64,000 nucleotides of DNA from a virus. The DNA lies in the IMG/VR virus record IMGVR_UViG_3300031251_000002, positions 64,001-128,000 of that record, one strand, 5' to 3'. The position numbers were made by a program, and so were the translations under genes. This document shows positions 46,029 through 55,018 of this stretch, one piece after another; position 1 is the stretch's first letter; each line of letters begins with the position of its first letter. The notes under the pieces were generated by a model. That model worked only from the letters and a program-made list of their open reading frames with translations, did no database searches and was not told where the DNA came from.

Positions 46029-48247
46029 GTTTACAGAGCAAGATCGACCGACAGCTTTCCGAGGCTGGAAAGAATGTTCCCCAGATCGTTATCAACAACG
46101 AGTCGGGTTCCGTCAACCTGCCTGTCAACGTCTCAGCCACGTTCAGGAATTGCTCCATCACCAGCTTGACGACAGCGGGCAACAGCCGAGTAAACGTCGA
46201 GGGCGGGACGGTCCAGAGCATGGATCTGACCGGTACAGCCATCATCGTTCGGAACTGCCCAATCAGTGGGACGGTCACGGCGACGGACAGCAAGCTGGAG
46301 TTCGATGCGGTTACCTGCTCTGGGGCTGTTACTTTGACTAGCACCGCGTTCGTTAGCAAGAAGTCTACGTACAGCCAACCGTTCACGGCTTCGGCTAAGT
46401 CCGTCATTCGTTCCGTTGTGGATACCTTCTCTGGAAGCTCGTTGTTGACCGCGCAGGACAGCGGCACAGCCGCAGTTTTCATCAATGCGACCATCACTAC
46501 CTCGACCTTGCTCACCCTCACCGCCGGGGCCAAGGCTGAGATTGATGGCGGCACGGTCCAGTCAACGGACATGGGAACAGCCGATGCGTCAACTGTCGAG
46601 ATTCGCAACTGTACATCCTTTCAGGTTACCAGCCTCCTTACGGCCTCTACTGGCAGCAAGGTAATCCTTAGGAAGATGACACTCGTTCAGGCTACGTCCG
46701 GGTTCACGCTGTCCAGCAACACGTACCTTGAAATCTTGGATGTTCAGACTGTCCAGACTTCAACAACGATGTTCACAATGGACAACAGCCGTCTGGAGCT
46801 AGTTCGCTTCATTACACTGACCAGCGGGACTGACTACCTTCAGGCGACAAACAACAGTGCGATCCGCATAGCCAACGGAACGACGATGCGCCCCGGAACG
46901 GCATTGGGTAAGTTGACGGATACGAAGGTGCTGATCGACAAGATCGCTACTGTGATCACGGATAAGCTTTTCGACGCTACACGGTCTGCCGTGAACTTTA
47001 CGGATGTCACGACACTGGTTGGCCGTCAGGACAACGCTTTTATACTGGTCAACTCGGCGCTGACCCTGACCGGCTGCACGACAGTCGGCGGTAAGGCTGA
47101 TGCCTTTGTCAACCTATCAGACATCTCCAGCCTCATCGTGAAGGACTGTAACCGCTTTCAGTCCGATTCGGGCCGCTTGATTATCGGCAGTGGGCAGGGC
47201 GAGGTTCACATCAGCGGCTGCGCGAACATCTTTAGTGATAGTTCGATCATTGATACAAGCGGCGTCTTCACAGTCACCATCTCGGGCTGTGGAATCCTCG
47301 TTGCGTCAAACAATGAAGCCATCAAGATGAGTTCCAACGGCGGCTCGACACTGAACGTGGCCGCAACGCAGCAGATTCACGCCAATCAGGACACGGCAAT
47401 CAAGGTTACTGGCGTGGACACCTTCCTGACGGCCCTCCCGGACGTAGGCAACGGCTCAGGAAGCCGGTACACCATCTACGGGCTTGACGGCGGCACTGGG
47501 AAGCAGCAGATCGTGATGTCCAAAGTCATCGTGACCAACGGTGGCATTTCGTTGGGCCAGTACCACGCGGACATCAAGTTCACGACGTTCCCGAAATTCC
47601 ACCTCTTCAACTGTGACGCGATCTTCATCCGATGCACCCAACAGGGGTCTCAGGCGCTCGATGACGCGGACATCGTTCAGAGTACGGCACAGATCAAGTT
47701 CGGATCATGGGACACCGCGATCTATGTCAACGAGTCGATCCTTGAGTGCCAGCGTTCGACTCACGGGGCCGAGATCAAGCCGATTGACTCGATTCTAAGA
47801 TTGGAGTGCATTGACTCCACTTCTGGAGTCATCAGCCAGTCCGGGGGCGCTCGCGGTAGCTTCATCGAAGCGCGTGGGTTTGACATCACGACGGTTACCT
47901 CGTCTGACTCCAAGAAGGATACCTTCTTCTTGGCCAATGTCGGCACTCCGACATACAGCGGTCGTGGTTCCCTCTTGGTCATGGAGTCCGGTGAACCGGA
48001 CGAAGGCGAGATGGATTACATCATGATCAAGGACAACAACCTTCGCATTTTCGACTACCGAAACTGCTACATGGATGTTACGAACGACCATCACCGCTAC
48101 TCTCCTGACAACATTCAGGATGACGCTGACAACAACATCTATATAACCGCGCAGATCAACCTCGATCTCGACGGTGTTCAACAGGCGCTCCTTGAATCGA
48201 CCGCTGAGGTGGTCATTCAGGCTCCAGTTATCAACGAGCAGTCATGA
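46025..48247 (+). CDS. Long beta-helix protein with a gp5-C-like tip
   Basis: Regular beta-solenoid periodicity; C-terminal 8-residue repeats ending VVIQAPVINE; directly before PAAR. Confidence 0.6.
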   Translation: MSLQSKIDRQLSEAGKNVPQIVINNESGSVNLPVNVSATFRNCSITSLTTAGNSRVNVEGGTVQSMDLTGTAIIVRNCPISGTVTATDSKLEFDAVTCSGAVTLTSTAFVSKKSTYSQPFTASAKSVIRSVVDTFSGSSLLTAQDSGTAAVFINATITTSTLLTLTAGAKAEIDGGTVQSTDMGTADASTVEIRNCTSFQVTSLLTASTGSKVILRKMTLVQATSGFTLSSNTYLEILDVQTVQTSTTMFTMDNSRLELVRFITLTSGTDYLQATNNSAIRIANGTTMRPGTALGKLTDTKVLIDKIATVITDKLFDATRSAVNFTDVTTLVGRQDNAFILVNSALTLTGCTTVGGKADAFVNLSDISSLIVKDCNRFQSDSGRLIIGSGQGEVHISGCANIFSDSSIIDTSGVFTVTISGCGILVASNNEAIKMSSNGGSTLNVAATQQIHANQDTAIKVTGVDTFLTALPDVGNGSGSRYTIYGLDGGTGKQQIVMSKVIVTNGGISLGQYHADIKFTTFPKFHLFNCDAIFIRCTQQGSQALDDADIVQSTAQIKFGSWDTAIYVNESILECQRSTHGAEIKPIDSILRLECIDSTSGVISQSGGARGSFIEARGFDITTVTSSDSKKDTFFLANVGTPTYSGRGSLLVMESGEPDEGEMDYIMIKDNNLRIFDYRNCYMDVTNDHHRYSPDNIQDDADNNIYITAQINLDLDGVQQALLESTAEVVIQAPVINEQS

Positions 48248-48615
48248 GCGACTTTCACGTAAAGCCCGAACCGACACCGACCATCGACTCGGGGAGCTTG
48301 CTGCCTGTCGTACGGCTTGGGGATACCTCCGACCACGGGGGCGCGGTCACCAGCAGTTCTACCATTACAAAGGTCGAGGGGATCTTTCAGGCGCGGCTGA
48401 ACGACGAGTTCACCTGTGGGATCTCGGCACACAACATTCCCACGCTCCCGACGCTGATTGGCTTCATGAGCGTGGCCGTTGACGAGGGGATGGACGTAGC
48501 CAAGGAGGGAGACATGACTTCCTGTGGCGCAACGTTGATCTCGTCTCAGACAGTGGTTTTCACTGAAGCCGGATTCGTCCGCTTCATCAGCCCGAGCAAT
48601 GGGGCCGCGTTCTAA
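48244..48615 (+). CDS. PAAR-domain spike tip protein
   Basis: VVRLGDTSDHGG, QARLND...C...H, VAKEGDMTSCGATLI. Confidence 0.88.
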   Translation: MSDFHVKPEPTPTIDSGSLLPVVRLGDTSDHGGAVTSSSTITKVEGIFQARLNDEFTCGISAHNIPTLPTLIGFMSVAVDEGMDVAKEGDMTSCGATLISSQTVVFTEAGFVRFISPSNGAAF

Positions 48616-49640
48616 TGCCCACGCTGGCAACGATTCCCTTCACGACGGCTCCTAAGGTCCACAACATGGCGTGGCCCGCTACGAGTCCGACCGCGATCAC
48701 GTACTCTGGCCGTTGGATCGTTCACGTTCAGCAGTGGGGCTGCTACATGATCAATGCCGATACGGGTGTCTTTGAGTGGATCTCGCCGGTTGGCAAGATT
48801 GACGCCACCTTTCAAACTCCGGAGTTGGCGATAAGCGGTGACTGCTGGCAGTCTGGTGTAGCGATTGGTGTCAACCCAACGACAGCGAAGTGGATCGTAA
48901 TCACTGGAACGCCGTCCTGCCCGGTTACCTTCCCGCTCTCGTACCCATTTCTTGGTCAAGCAGCAGGGCGCATTCAGGTCTGCCGAATGGACGGGGCTTT
49001 CGCCCCTCATCTGAGCTATGTCGGTGAGATTCGTGCCACTACGGTTGGGCGGGTAAACACGCAGCCAGTGGTGGTTGGCGACACGGCGTACTTCAAAGAG
49101 ATCACTGGAACGACTTGGGCCTCGGTTGATCTCAATACGTTGACCGTAACCGCGACAGGTCTTGGATCTGCCCCCGGCCCGTCCTATCAGACAGACATTG
49201 ATGGGTACGTCTACACCATCAGTCCGGTAGTTCCCAATCCCGCCCCAAATCCCTTCCCCGGTCCAAGCTCGTTCGTGGCGATTCGGAGCGATCAGATCAA
49301 TCCCGGCGGTGGAGGTCTACCGGACATCACGTTCCAAGTTCAGGTTGCAGCCGGTGGGCCGAGTGGTCAGACGGTCGAGTACGTTATGACGAACGAGGAT
49401 ACAGGCACTACGTCCTCCATCGGGCTGACCGTGGCTCCCTACTCCTTGGTGTGGAAGGCGGACCAGATTGGGCGTCTTAAGGTGGAGGCACGATTGACGC
49501 GGGGCATCAACCAGTATTCGGCTTTCATCTTCATTCGGGTTACCTCTAACACCATTAATGGCACGGCAGTTCTGACCGGAATGGAAAGCTATGGCGGCTT
49601 GATAACCGGCTCAGCGAGCTTGACGGGAGTAGAGTCTTGA
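48615..49640 (+). CDS. Hypothetical baseplate-associated beta protein with an Ig-like C-terminus
   Basis: 341 aa; TAATG coupling; APYSLVW..G...VEAR. Confidence 0.5.
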   Translation: MPTLATIPFTTAPKVHNMAWPATSPTAITYSGRWIVHVQQWGCYMINADTGVFEWISPVGKIDATFQTPELAISGDCWQSGVAIGVNPTTAKWIVITGTPSCPVTFPLSYPFLGQAAGRIQVCRMDGAFAPHLSYVGEIRATTVGRVNTQPVVVGDTAYFKEITGTTWASVDLNTLTVTATGLGSAPGPSYQTDIDGYVYTISPVVPNPAPNPFPGPSSFVAIRSDQINPGGGGLPDITFQVQVAAGGPSGQTVEYVMTNEDTGTTSSIGLTVAPYSLVWKADQIGRLKVEARLTRGINQYSAFIFIRVTSNTINGTAVLTGMESYGGLITGSASLTGVES

Positions 49641-49691
49641 TAACTCAGACAGTTTGCTCAATCTATAGGGCCTGTGGGGGATATTTCTAGC

Positions 49692-50225
49692 ATGGCAAAC
49701 GCCGCAGCGACTGGTTTTCTGACCCCCGGAGCCATCAAGGCTATCGGGATTGGTCCATCTTTCCCGTTTTCTTTCACGGGTCAGGGGGCAACCAACACGG
49801 TTGCTTCCTCCAATGGGCTAGACAAAATCAATCAGTCCATGCACATCATCCTGACAACTCGTCCCGGTGACCGGATCATGAACCCGGAGTTCGGATCTCG
49901 CCTGCCCGATCTCGTCTTTGAGCCGAACGATCAGGTTCTCAAGACCCTCTTGAACATTTACACGGCTGACGCTCTGCGGCGCTGGGAAAAGCGGATCATC
50001 ATTACGGCTGTGACCTTCCCTTCAACGGACTCGGATGTGGAGAATGGCATCGTTCGTATCCGCATCAACTACACGGTTCGTCAGACCAACACTCCCGGTA
50101 GCTTTGTGTTTCCGTTCCAGCGCTACCCGATGGGACAGGATCAGTTGGTTACTGGAGCGCCGGTTCCTGCGCCGAACGCTGGCAGCGGAACGCTGGCCTC
50201 GCCCTACATTTCGTCTCCGATTTAA
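49692..50225 (+). CDS. Baseplate wedge subunit (gp25/gpW-like)
   Basis: INQSMHIILTTRPGDRIMNPEFGSRL.DLVFEPND..ALRRWEKRI; ATG 49692 preferred over GTG 49674. Confidence 0.9.
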   Translation: MANAAATGFLTPGAIKAIGIGPSFPFSFTGQGATNTVASSNGLDKINQSMHIILTTRPGDRIMNPEFGSRLPDLVFEPNDQVLKTLLNIYTADALRRWEKRIIITAVTFPSTDSDVENGIVRIRINYTVRQTNTPGSFVFPFQRYPMGQDQLVTGAPVPAPNAGSGTLASPYISSPI

Positions 50226-50228
50226 GAG

Positions 50229-51887
50229 GTGCCTGTGAGTACGCCCGCCATTACCAGAATTCAGTACACCAGCAAGGATTTCGCAACCCTGCGAAATGAG
50301 CTAGAGGCACTCATTCCCATTCTCACGAATGGGCGATGGACGGACCTCAACGAGTCCGACCCCGGCATCGCCATCGTTGAGCTTCTGACCGCGATGATGG
50401 ACCTCCTCCTGTTCTATCAAGATCAGTCAGCAAACGAAGCTTTCCTCCCCACGGCAGTTCAGCGCGGCGACGTTATCAACCTCGTCAAGCTGATTGACTA
50501 CGCGCCCGCTTCCATCAAAAGCGCGGTGGGTAAGGTGGTTTTCAGCACCTTCAATGCTTCTACGGTACTGTCAGTCACCATCCCACCGTACACTCGCGTG
50601 TCAACAAATCGCGTCAGTGGAAATGAGTTCGTTACTACGACTGCTGATGGGGCTACGGACCCTACGCCCGTTCCAGTCACCATTCTTAATGGCCACACTC
50701 CAGTAACGATGAACGTCATTCAGGGGACCAAGGGCACCGACACCTTCAACTCCGATGGGACACCCACGCAGCGCTTCAAGCTTTCGATGGCGGATATCGA
50801 CACGACAACGGTGCTTCTGACAGTCAACGGTTTCCCGTGGGAAAAGGTTACCTCCTTCGTCAGCGCAGATTTGAACGCGGAAGTTTTTGAGGTCAGCAGC
50901 GATTCCAAGGACAACGCCTATGTCACTTTTGGTGACGGACAGTTCGGTATGATCCCTCCGACCGGGGCCACCATCTTGGTTACCTATGTGGTCTCAGAGG
51001 GTGTTACGGGTACGACCGGCGCTGGGAAGATCACGGTTCTTCTAGACACACTTCAGGATTCAGCGCTTGTGAACGTTACCGGAATCACCGTTAACAACCC
51101 TGTGGCTACCGATTCGGGTCTGTCCTCAGAAACCATCGAGCGTACCAAGCAGTTGGCCCCTGCTCTTCTTGCGGCGTTGTTCACGGCCAAGTCCAAGGAC
51201 GACTACAACGCGCTGGTCCAAGCTGCCTCCTCGGCGGTTACGAAGGTGAACACATGGGGGGAGGCCGAAGAGAACCCGCCGAACTACAAACTGTTCAACA
51301 AGGTACAGATTGCCTTCGCCGGTCTCGGGACGGACGGGAAGATCCTGCTGCCAACCTCTTCTGAGTTCCCAGATGTCAAGGCAGCGATCATCGCGTACCT
51401 CAACTCGGGAAGCCGGAAGATCATCACGACGCGGAACGTTTTCATCGAGCCGCAGTTCGTGGATATCGTGATCACCGGAACTGTCTATGCGGACCTGATT
51501 CGGGTTGACCCGGCGACAGTGACAGCGGCTTGCACTCAGGCGTTGACGGACGCATTCGGATACGCCGCTTCCGCTTTCGGGCAGGATATCTACGTCTCAC
51601 AGATTCAGAACGTGCTGGCGCAGGTGCCGGGGGTTGTCTGGTCACAGGTAGCCTTGACCGCTGTCCCTGACACTTTCGTAGACACGACAACCCGGTATCA
51701 GTACAACACCTCTGTCTTCCCCAACGAGGTGGTGGGCGTGACGATCCAGAAGTTTGAGATTCCCATCGTTGAGGATGACCTTGTGACTGGCCGTCTTAGT
51801 GTGATCACGCACGTTAACCTGACCGTTGTAGACGCGGTTGATCAGCCGTCTGGTGGCGACGTTCTCAACAACCCCTGTGCTGTCTGA
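50229..51887 (+). CDS. Baseplate wedge subunit (gp6/gpJ-like)
   Basis: YTSKDF..LR, WTDLNESDPG, ANEAFLPTA.QR, V.FGDG.FG.IPP.GA, FGQDIYVSQI. Confidence 0.9.
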   Translation: MPVSTPAITRIQYTSKDFATLRNELEALIPILTNGRWTDLNESDPGIAIVELLTAMMDLLLFYQDQSANEAFLPTAVQRGDVINLVKLIDYAPASIKSAVGKVVFSTFNASTVLSVTIPPYTRVSTNRVSGNEFVTTTADGATDPTPVPVTILNGHTPVTMNVIQGTKGTDTFNSDGTPTQRFKLSMADIDTTTVLLTVNGFPWEKVTSFVSADLNAEVFEVSSDSKDNAYVTFGDGQFGMIPPTGATILVTYVVSEGVTGTTGAGKITVLLDTLQDSALVNVTGITVNNPVATDSGLSSETIERTKQLAPALLAALFTAKSKDDYNALVQAASSAVTKVNTWGEAEENPPNYKLFNKVQIAFAGLGTDGKILLPTSSEFPDVKAAIIAYLNSGSRKIITTRNVFIEPQFVDIVITGTVYADLIRVDPATVTAACTQALTDAFGYAASAFGQDIYVSQIQNVLAQVPGVVWSQVALTAVPDTFVDTTTRYQYNTSVFPNEVVGVTIQKFEIPIVEDDLVTGRLSVITHVNLTVVDAVDQPSGGDVLNNPCAV

Positions 51888-53509
51888 TGGCCGTGACGTA
51901 TACGCCTGTAATCACAGGCCCGCTTCTTGAGGGAGATACCGTTGTCGCCGGTTACTACCGGTCCGACAACTGGCTCACCTCGGTTTCCGCAACCTTCACT
52001 GGCGATGGAACCACAACTACGTTTTCGGGTGGAACGAGTTTACCTATCGTTCCGGGTAGTTTGGCCATCTCGGTGTTCAATCCCGTAGATAGTTATACTG
52101 ATGATGGACTTGGAAACGTACTTTTCGGTGTTTCGATTGTTGGCACGATCAACTACAGTAATGGGAGTTTTAGTTTTACTACTCCACTGGGCCACACGCC
52201 CGTATCTGGTTCGGCCATCATTGTCACCGTTGCGTACTCTCCAGTCATCGCGGTCCTTCTAGACGGAATTAAGGTTGGTGAGCTAACTGTCGATACGACA
52301 GCTACGCCAGTCCCGAACATCAACTTCGGTACTGAAGATGTTCCCAACCTCCAGTCTGCGTGGGCTTGGTACTATCCGCCCAACCCCTTCAACGTTGATC
52401 CAGCCCCAGCGCTCGATCCAGCACTAACTCGTCGCCAGCGCGTAGACGCTCGCGCTCAGGTGCAGGGTTACGACTGGAGCGGACTGGCAGAGCAGATTGT
52501 AATCACCCAGTATTTCCGGAAGAACCTGATCAACTTCGTTCCCCCGGAATTCACCTACCTCGACGGCCTGACCGGGTACAACGATCTGGCTAACTTCGTT
52601 CAGATCCTTGCGGTGACGCTGGATGAGGTGAAGGACTACATTGACAGCTTTGTTGAAATTTTTGACATTGACCGTTGCGACTCCAAGTACCTGCCGTACA
52701 TCGCCGTCATACTCGGTTACAGCCTCAACAAGACTGACTCTCTCGACTCTCAGAGGCGTCAGCTTAAAAACGCAGTTGCTTGGTACAAGGTCAAGGGAAC
52801 CTTTGAGTCTTTCCGAATTCTCTTCTACTCCCTAGGGTACACGATCCAACTGTGGGAGTTGTGGACAGAGGACTACTCGTTCTTCTTCAAGACGCTGCCC
52901 GGAGACCCCCCGGACACGGTGGCGGACTCAGTGCCTCCGACCGATCCACGACTCATCGAGAACGGTGGAACTTGGTATCGGTCACCACACTTTGCGATTG
53001 AATTTGTGGCGCTTGGTACGCCAAACCTGACTGCCGCTGGCCTTCGTTACATCATCTCGCGCATCTCCCAGATCCGGCCCGCGCACACGGTTTTGGAATA
53101 CCTTGAGTACCTGCTGGCGATGGAAGACGACTACGAGCTTCAGGATGAGAACTACTACAACATCATGAACTACCCGTGGCTCGATGACGGGTGGTACACG
53201 GGGTACTGCTCCATCCCGGACACGGTGTACGTCCGCTCGGGTGACCTGTTCCCCAACTTCCCCATCTTCCCGACCCGGAACGGGACCGATACACATGACA
53301 TCAAGATGTACTCGGAGATCCCCGGCTTCCCGGTAATCACTGATCCATTGACTTCACTTCCAATGGATCCATCTATGCGTGGATCGCGTTCACCGCTGCC
53401 GCGCATCTGCAATCCGGTAGAGACTTTGACGGTTACTCTCGCAGCAGCGGCTCCCGTTGTAGACGGCGGAGTGCAGGTTGTTGACAGCGGCGTGGATGTT
53501 ATTTCTTAA
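51887..53509 (+). CDS. Baseplate wedge subunit (gp7/P2 gpI-like) with an N-terminal insertion
   Basis: FDIDRCDSKYLPYIA.ILG..RRQLKNAV.WYKVKGT; IRPAHT. Confidence 0.8.
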   Translation: MAVTYTPVITGPLLEGDTVVAGYYRSDNWLTSVSATFTGDGTTTTFSGGTSLPIVPGSLAISVFNPVDSYTDDGLGNVLFGVSIVGTINYSNGSFSFTTPLGHTPVSGSAIIVTVAYSPVIAVLLDGIKVGELTVDTTATPVPNINFGTEDVPNLQSAWAWYYPPNPFNVDPAPALDPALTRRQRVDARAQVQGYDWSGLAEQIVITQYFRKNLINFVPPEFTYLDGLTGYNDLANFVQILAVTLDEVKDYIDSFVEIFDIDRCDSKYLPYIAVILGYSLNKTDSLDSQRRQLKNAVAWYKVKGTFESFRILFYSLGYTIQLWELWTEDYSFFFKTLPGDPPDTVADSVPPTDPRLIENGGTWYRSPHFAIEFVALGTPNLTAAGLRYIISRISQIRPAHTVLEYLEYLLAMEDDYELQDENYYNIMNYPWLDDGWYTGYCSIPDTVYVRSGDLFPNFPIFPTRNGTDTHDIKMYSEIPGFPVITDPLTSLPMDPSMRGSRSPLPRICNPVETLTVTLAAAAPVVDGGVQVVDSGVDVIS

Positions 53510-53518
53510 GGGACTAAA

Positions 53519-54442
53519 ATGACTGTTGAACACAATACTCTGGCTGGGACATCTCTTCATGAGTCGTTTCACTACGTTCAGACCTCCGACCCCGGCTCGG
53601 TGGGCGCAGGGAAATACTGGCTCAATACGACCTCTGCGCCCTACGTTTTGAGCCGCCGCGATGCTGGAAACACATCATGGATCACCGTTGGCTCGACCGG
53701 AGGTGGTGGTGCGAGTGTAGGCGCTTACGGCTCGCGTCCTGCGGGATCCGATGGCGACTTCTATCAGGCCAACGACTCGGCAATCTACAGCATCCATTCG
53801 GGTGGAAACTGGATTGACTACTATCAGGGTCACCCTATTACGGTGCCCAACAGCGGCAGCTACGCTTGGGTTAACCAAGGTGGTGCGGCTGTGGCGACGG
53901 TTGGCGGCATGACCAAGTTAACTGCTCCTGCTACCGGCGCGGCGAACAACATGCGAATCCGGAAGAAGGCGGTTCCGTCTACGCCATACACGGTGGTTGG
54001 GAAGTTCCTAATCGGTCAGTTTTTGGCCCAGAACTACCATCAGTTTGGGATGCTCTTTAGAGACTCGGGCAGCAGCAAGTTGGTAGTCAATCAGGTGTCA
54101 AACGACTCAACTGGCGCACTGGCCATCGTGTCGAACAAGATGACCAACGAGACGACCTTCAGTGCGGCCTACTCCGGTTCGGTGGCAAACTTCAAGTCGT
54201 ACGGTGCGATTGTGACCCCCGGCTCCATTCTTACGTTGGGTCTGATGGATGATGGAAGCACCAATAGAAAAGTCGGTTACTCCTTCGATTGCGGCTTGAC
54301 ATGGTACGCCTTCGACTCGGAGACGAGGACCGACTTCTTGACCGCGAATGAAGTTGGCTTCTGGGCGCAGTCCGGTGGCGCAGCGAACGATTGCGTCATC
54401 TACCTTCTGAGTTGGGAAGAGTACAACTCCGCGCTCTTCTAG
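53519..54442 (+). CDS. Putative receptor-binding fibre with a lectin-like domain
   Basis: HNTL....LHE anchor-type N-terminus, GKYWL.T, Gly linker, beta-sandwich C-terminus. Confidence 0.5.
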   Translation: MTVEHNTLAGTSLHESFHYVQTSDPGSVGAGKYWLNTTSAPYVLSRRDAGNTSWITVGSTGGGGASVGAYGSRPAGSDGDFYQANDSAIYSIHSGGNWIDYYQGHPITVPNSGSYAWVNQGGAAVATVGGMTKLTAPATGAANNMRIRKKAVPSTPYTVVGKFLIGQFLAQNYHQFGMLFRDSGSSKLVVNQVSNDSTGALAIVSNKMTNETTFSAAYSGSVANFKSYGAIVTPGSILTLGLMDDGSTNRKVGYSFDCGLTWYAFDSETRTDFLTANEVGFWAQSGGAANDCVIYLLSWEEYNSALF

Positions 54443-54512
54443 AAACCGCTTAAATTTTCAAGCCCTATCCGTCCAAATAGCCAGCCCGTAGGATACTTAT
54501 TTTGAGGAAAAC

Positions 54513-55007
54513 ATGAAGAAGTGGCTGAGTCCGAATTTTTTCAAACCCCGTGGCATGGTAGAGCGGGTGGATGTGGCTGGCTATCTCACCGTCAAGGTCA
54601 TAAAAGCCGCCACTGGCGATGTTGTACAGGTCGAAGAGGGCAAGAACATCGTCTGCAACGGCGGTCGAACCGCCCTGAGCCACCTCTTTGCGGGCGATGA
54701 CGTTGTTAACCAGCAGATAGTCAACATTGAGTTTGGTGACGCAACCGGCGTCGTGGACATCGCTGACACTGCTCTTTTCGGTTCGCTGATCATCACCAAG
54801 CCGGTTACCCCGTCCTTCCCGGCGTCTACGACGGTTGTCTTTACCGGCACGGTCGGTCAGTTTGAAGGAAACGGTTCGGGTAGTCAGGTCTATCAAGAAG
54901 CAGCACTCTTAACAGGTAATGGGACGTTTGCAACTCATCGTGCGTTCGGCAGTATTACGAAAGACAACACCGTGGTCCTGTTAGCAACATGGACATTCGT
55001 GTTCTAA
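54513..55007 (+). CDS. Baseplate/tail-fibre attachment protein
   Basis: KNIVCNGGR..L..FGD......DTAL..EGNG...EAAL..F..ITKD. Confidence 0.65.
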   Translation: MKKWLSPNFFKPRGMVERVDVAGYLTVKVIKAATGDVVQVEEGKNIVCNGGRTALSHLFAGDDVVNQQIVNIEFGDATGVVDIADTALFGSLIITKPVTPSFPASTTVVFTGTVGQFEGNGSGSQVYQEAALLTGNGTFATHRAFGSITKDNTVVLLATWTFVF

Positions 55008-55018
55008 CGGAGATTTGA

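Noticed and set aside
31231-53509. Extracellular contractile injection system, tailocin or T6SS (sheath, tube, VgrG-like, PAAR, gp25)
   Set aside because: A gp23-like capsid, prohead protease, neck genes and a UvsW-like helicase are in the same locus, so this is a phage
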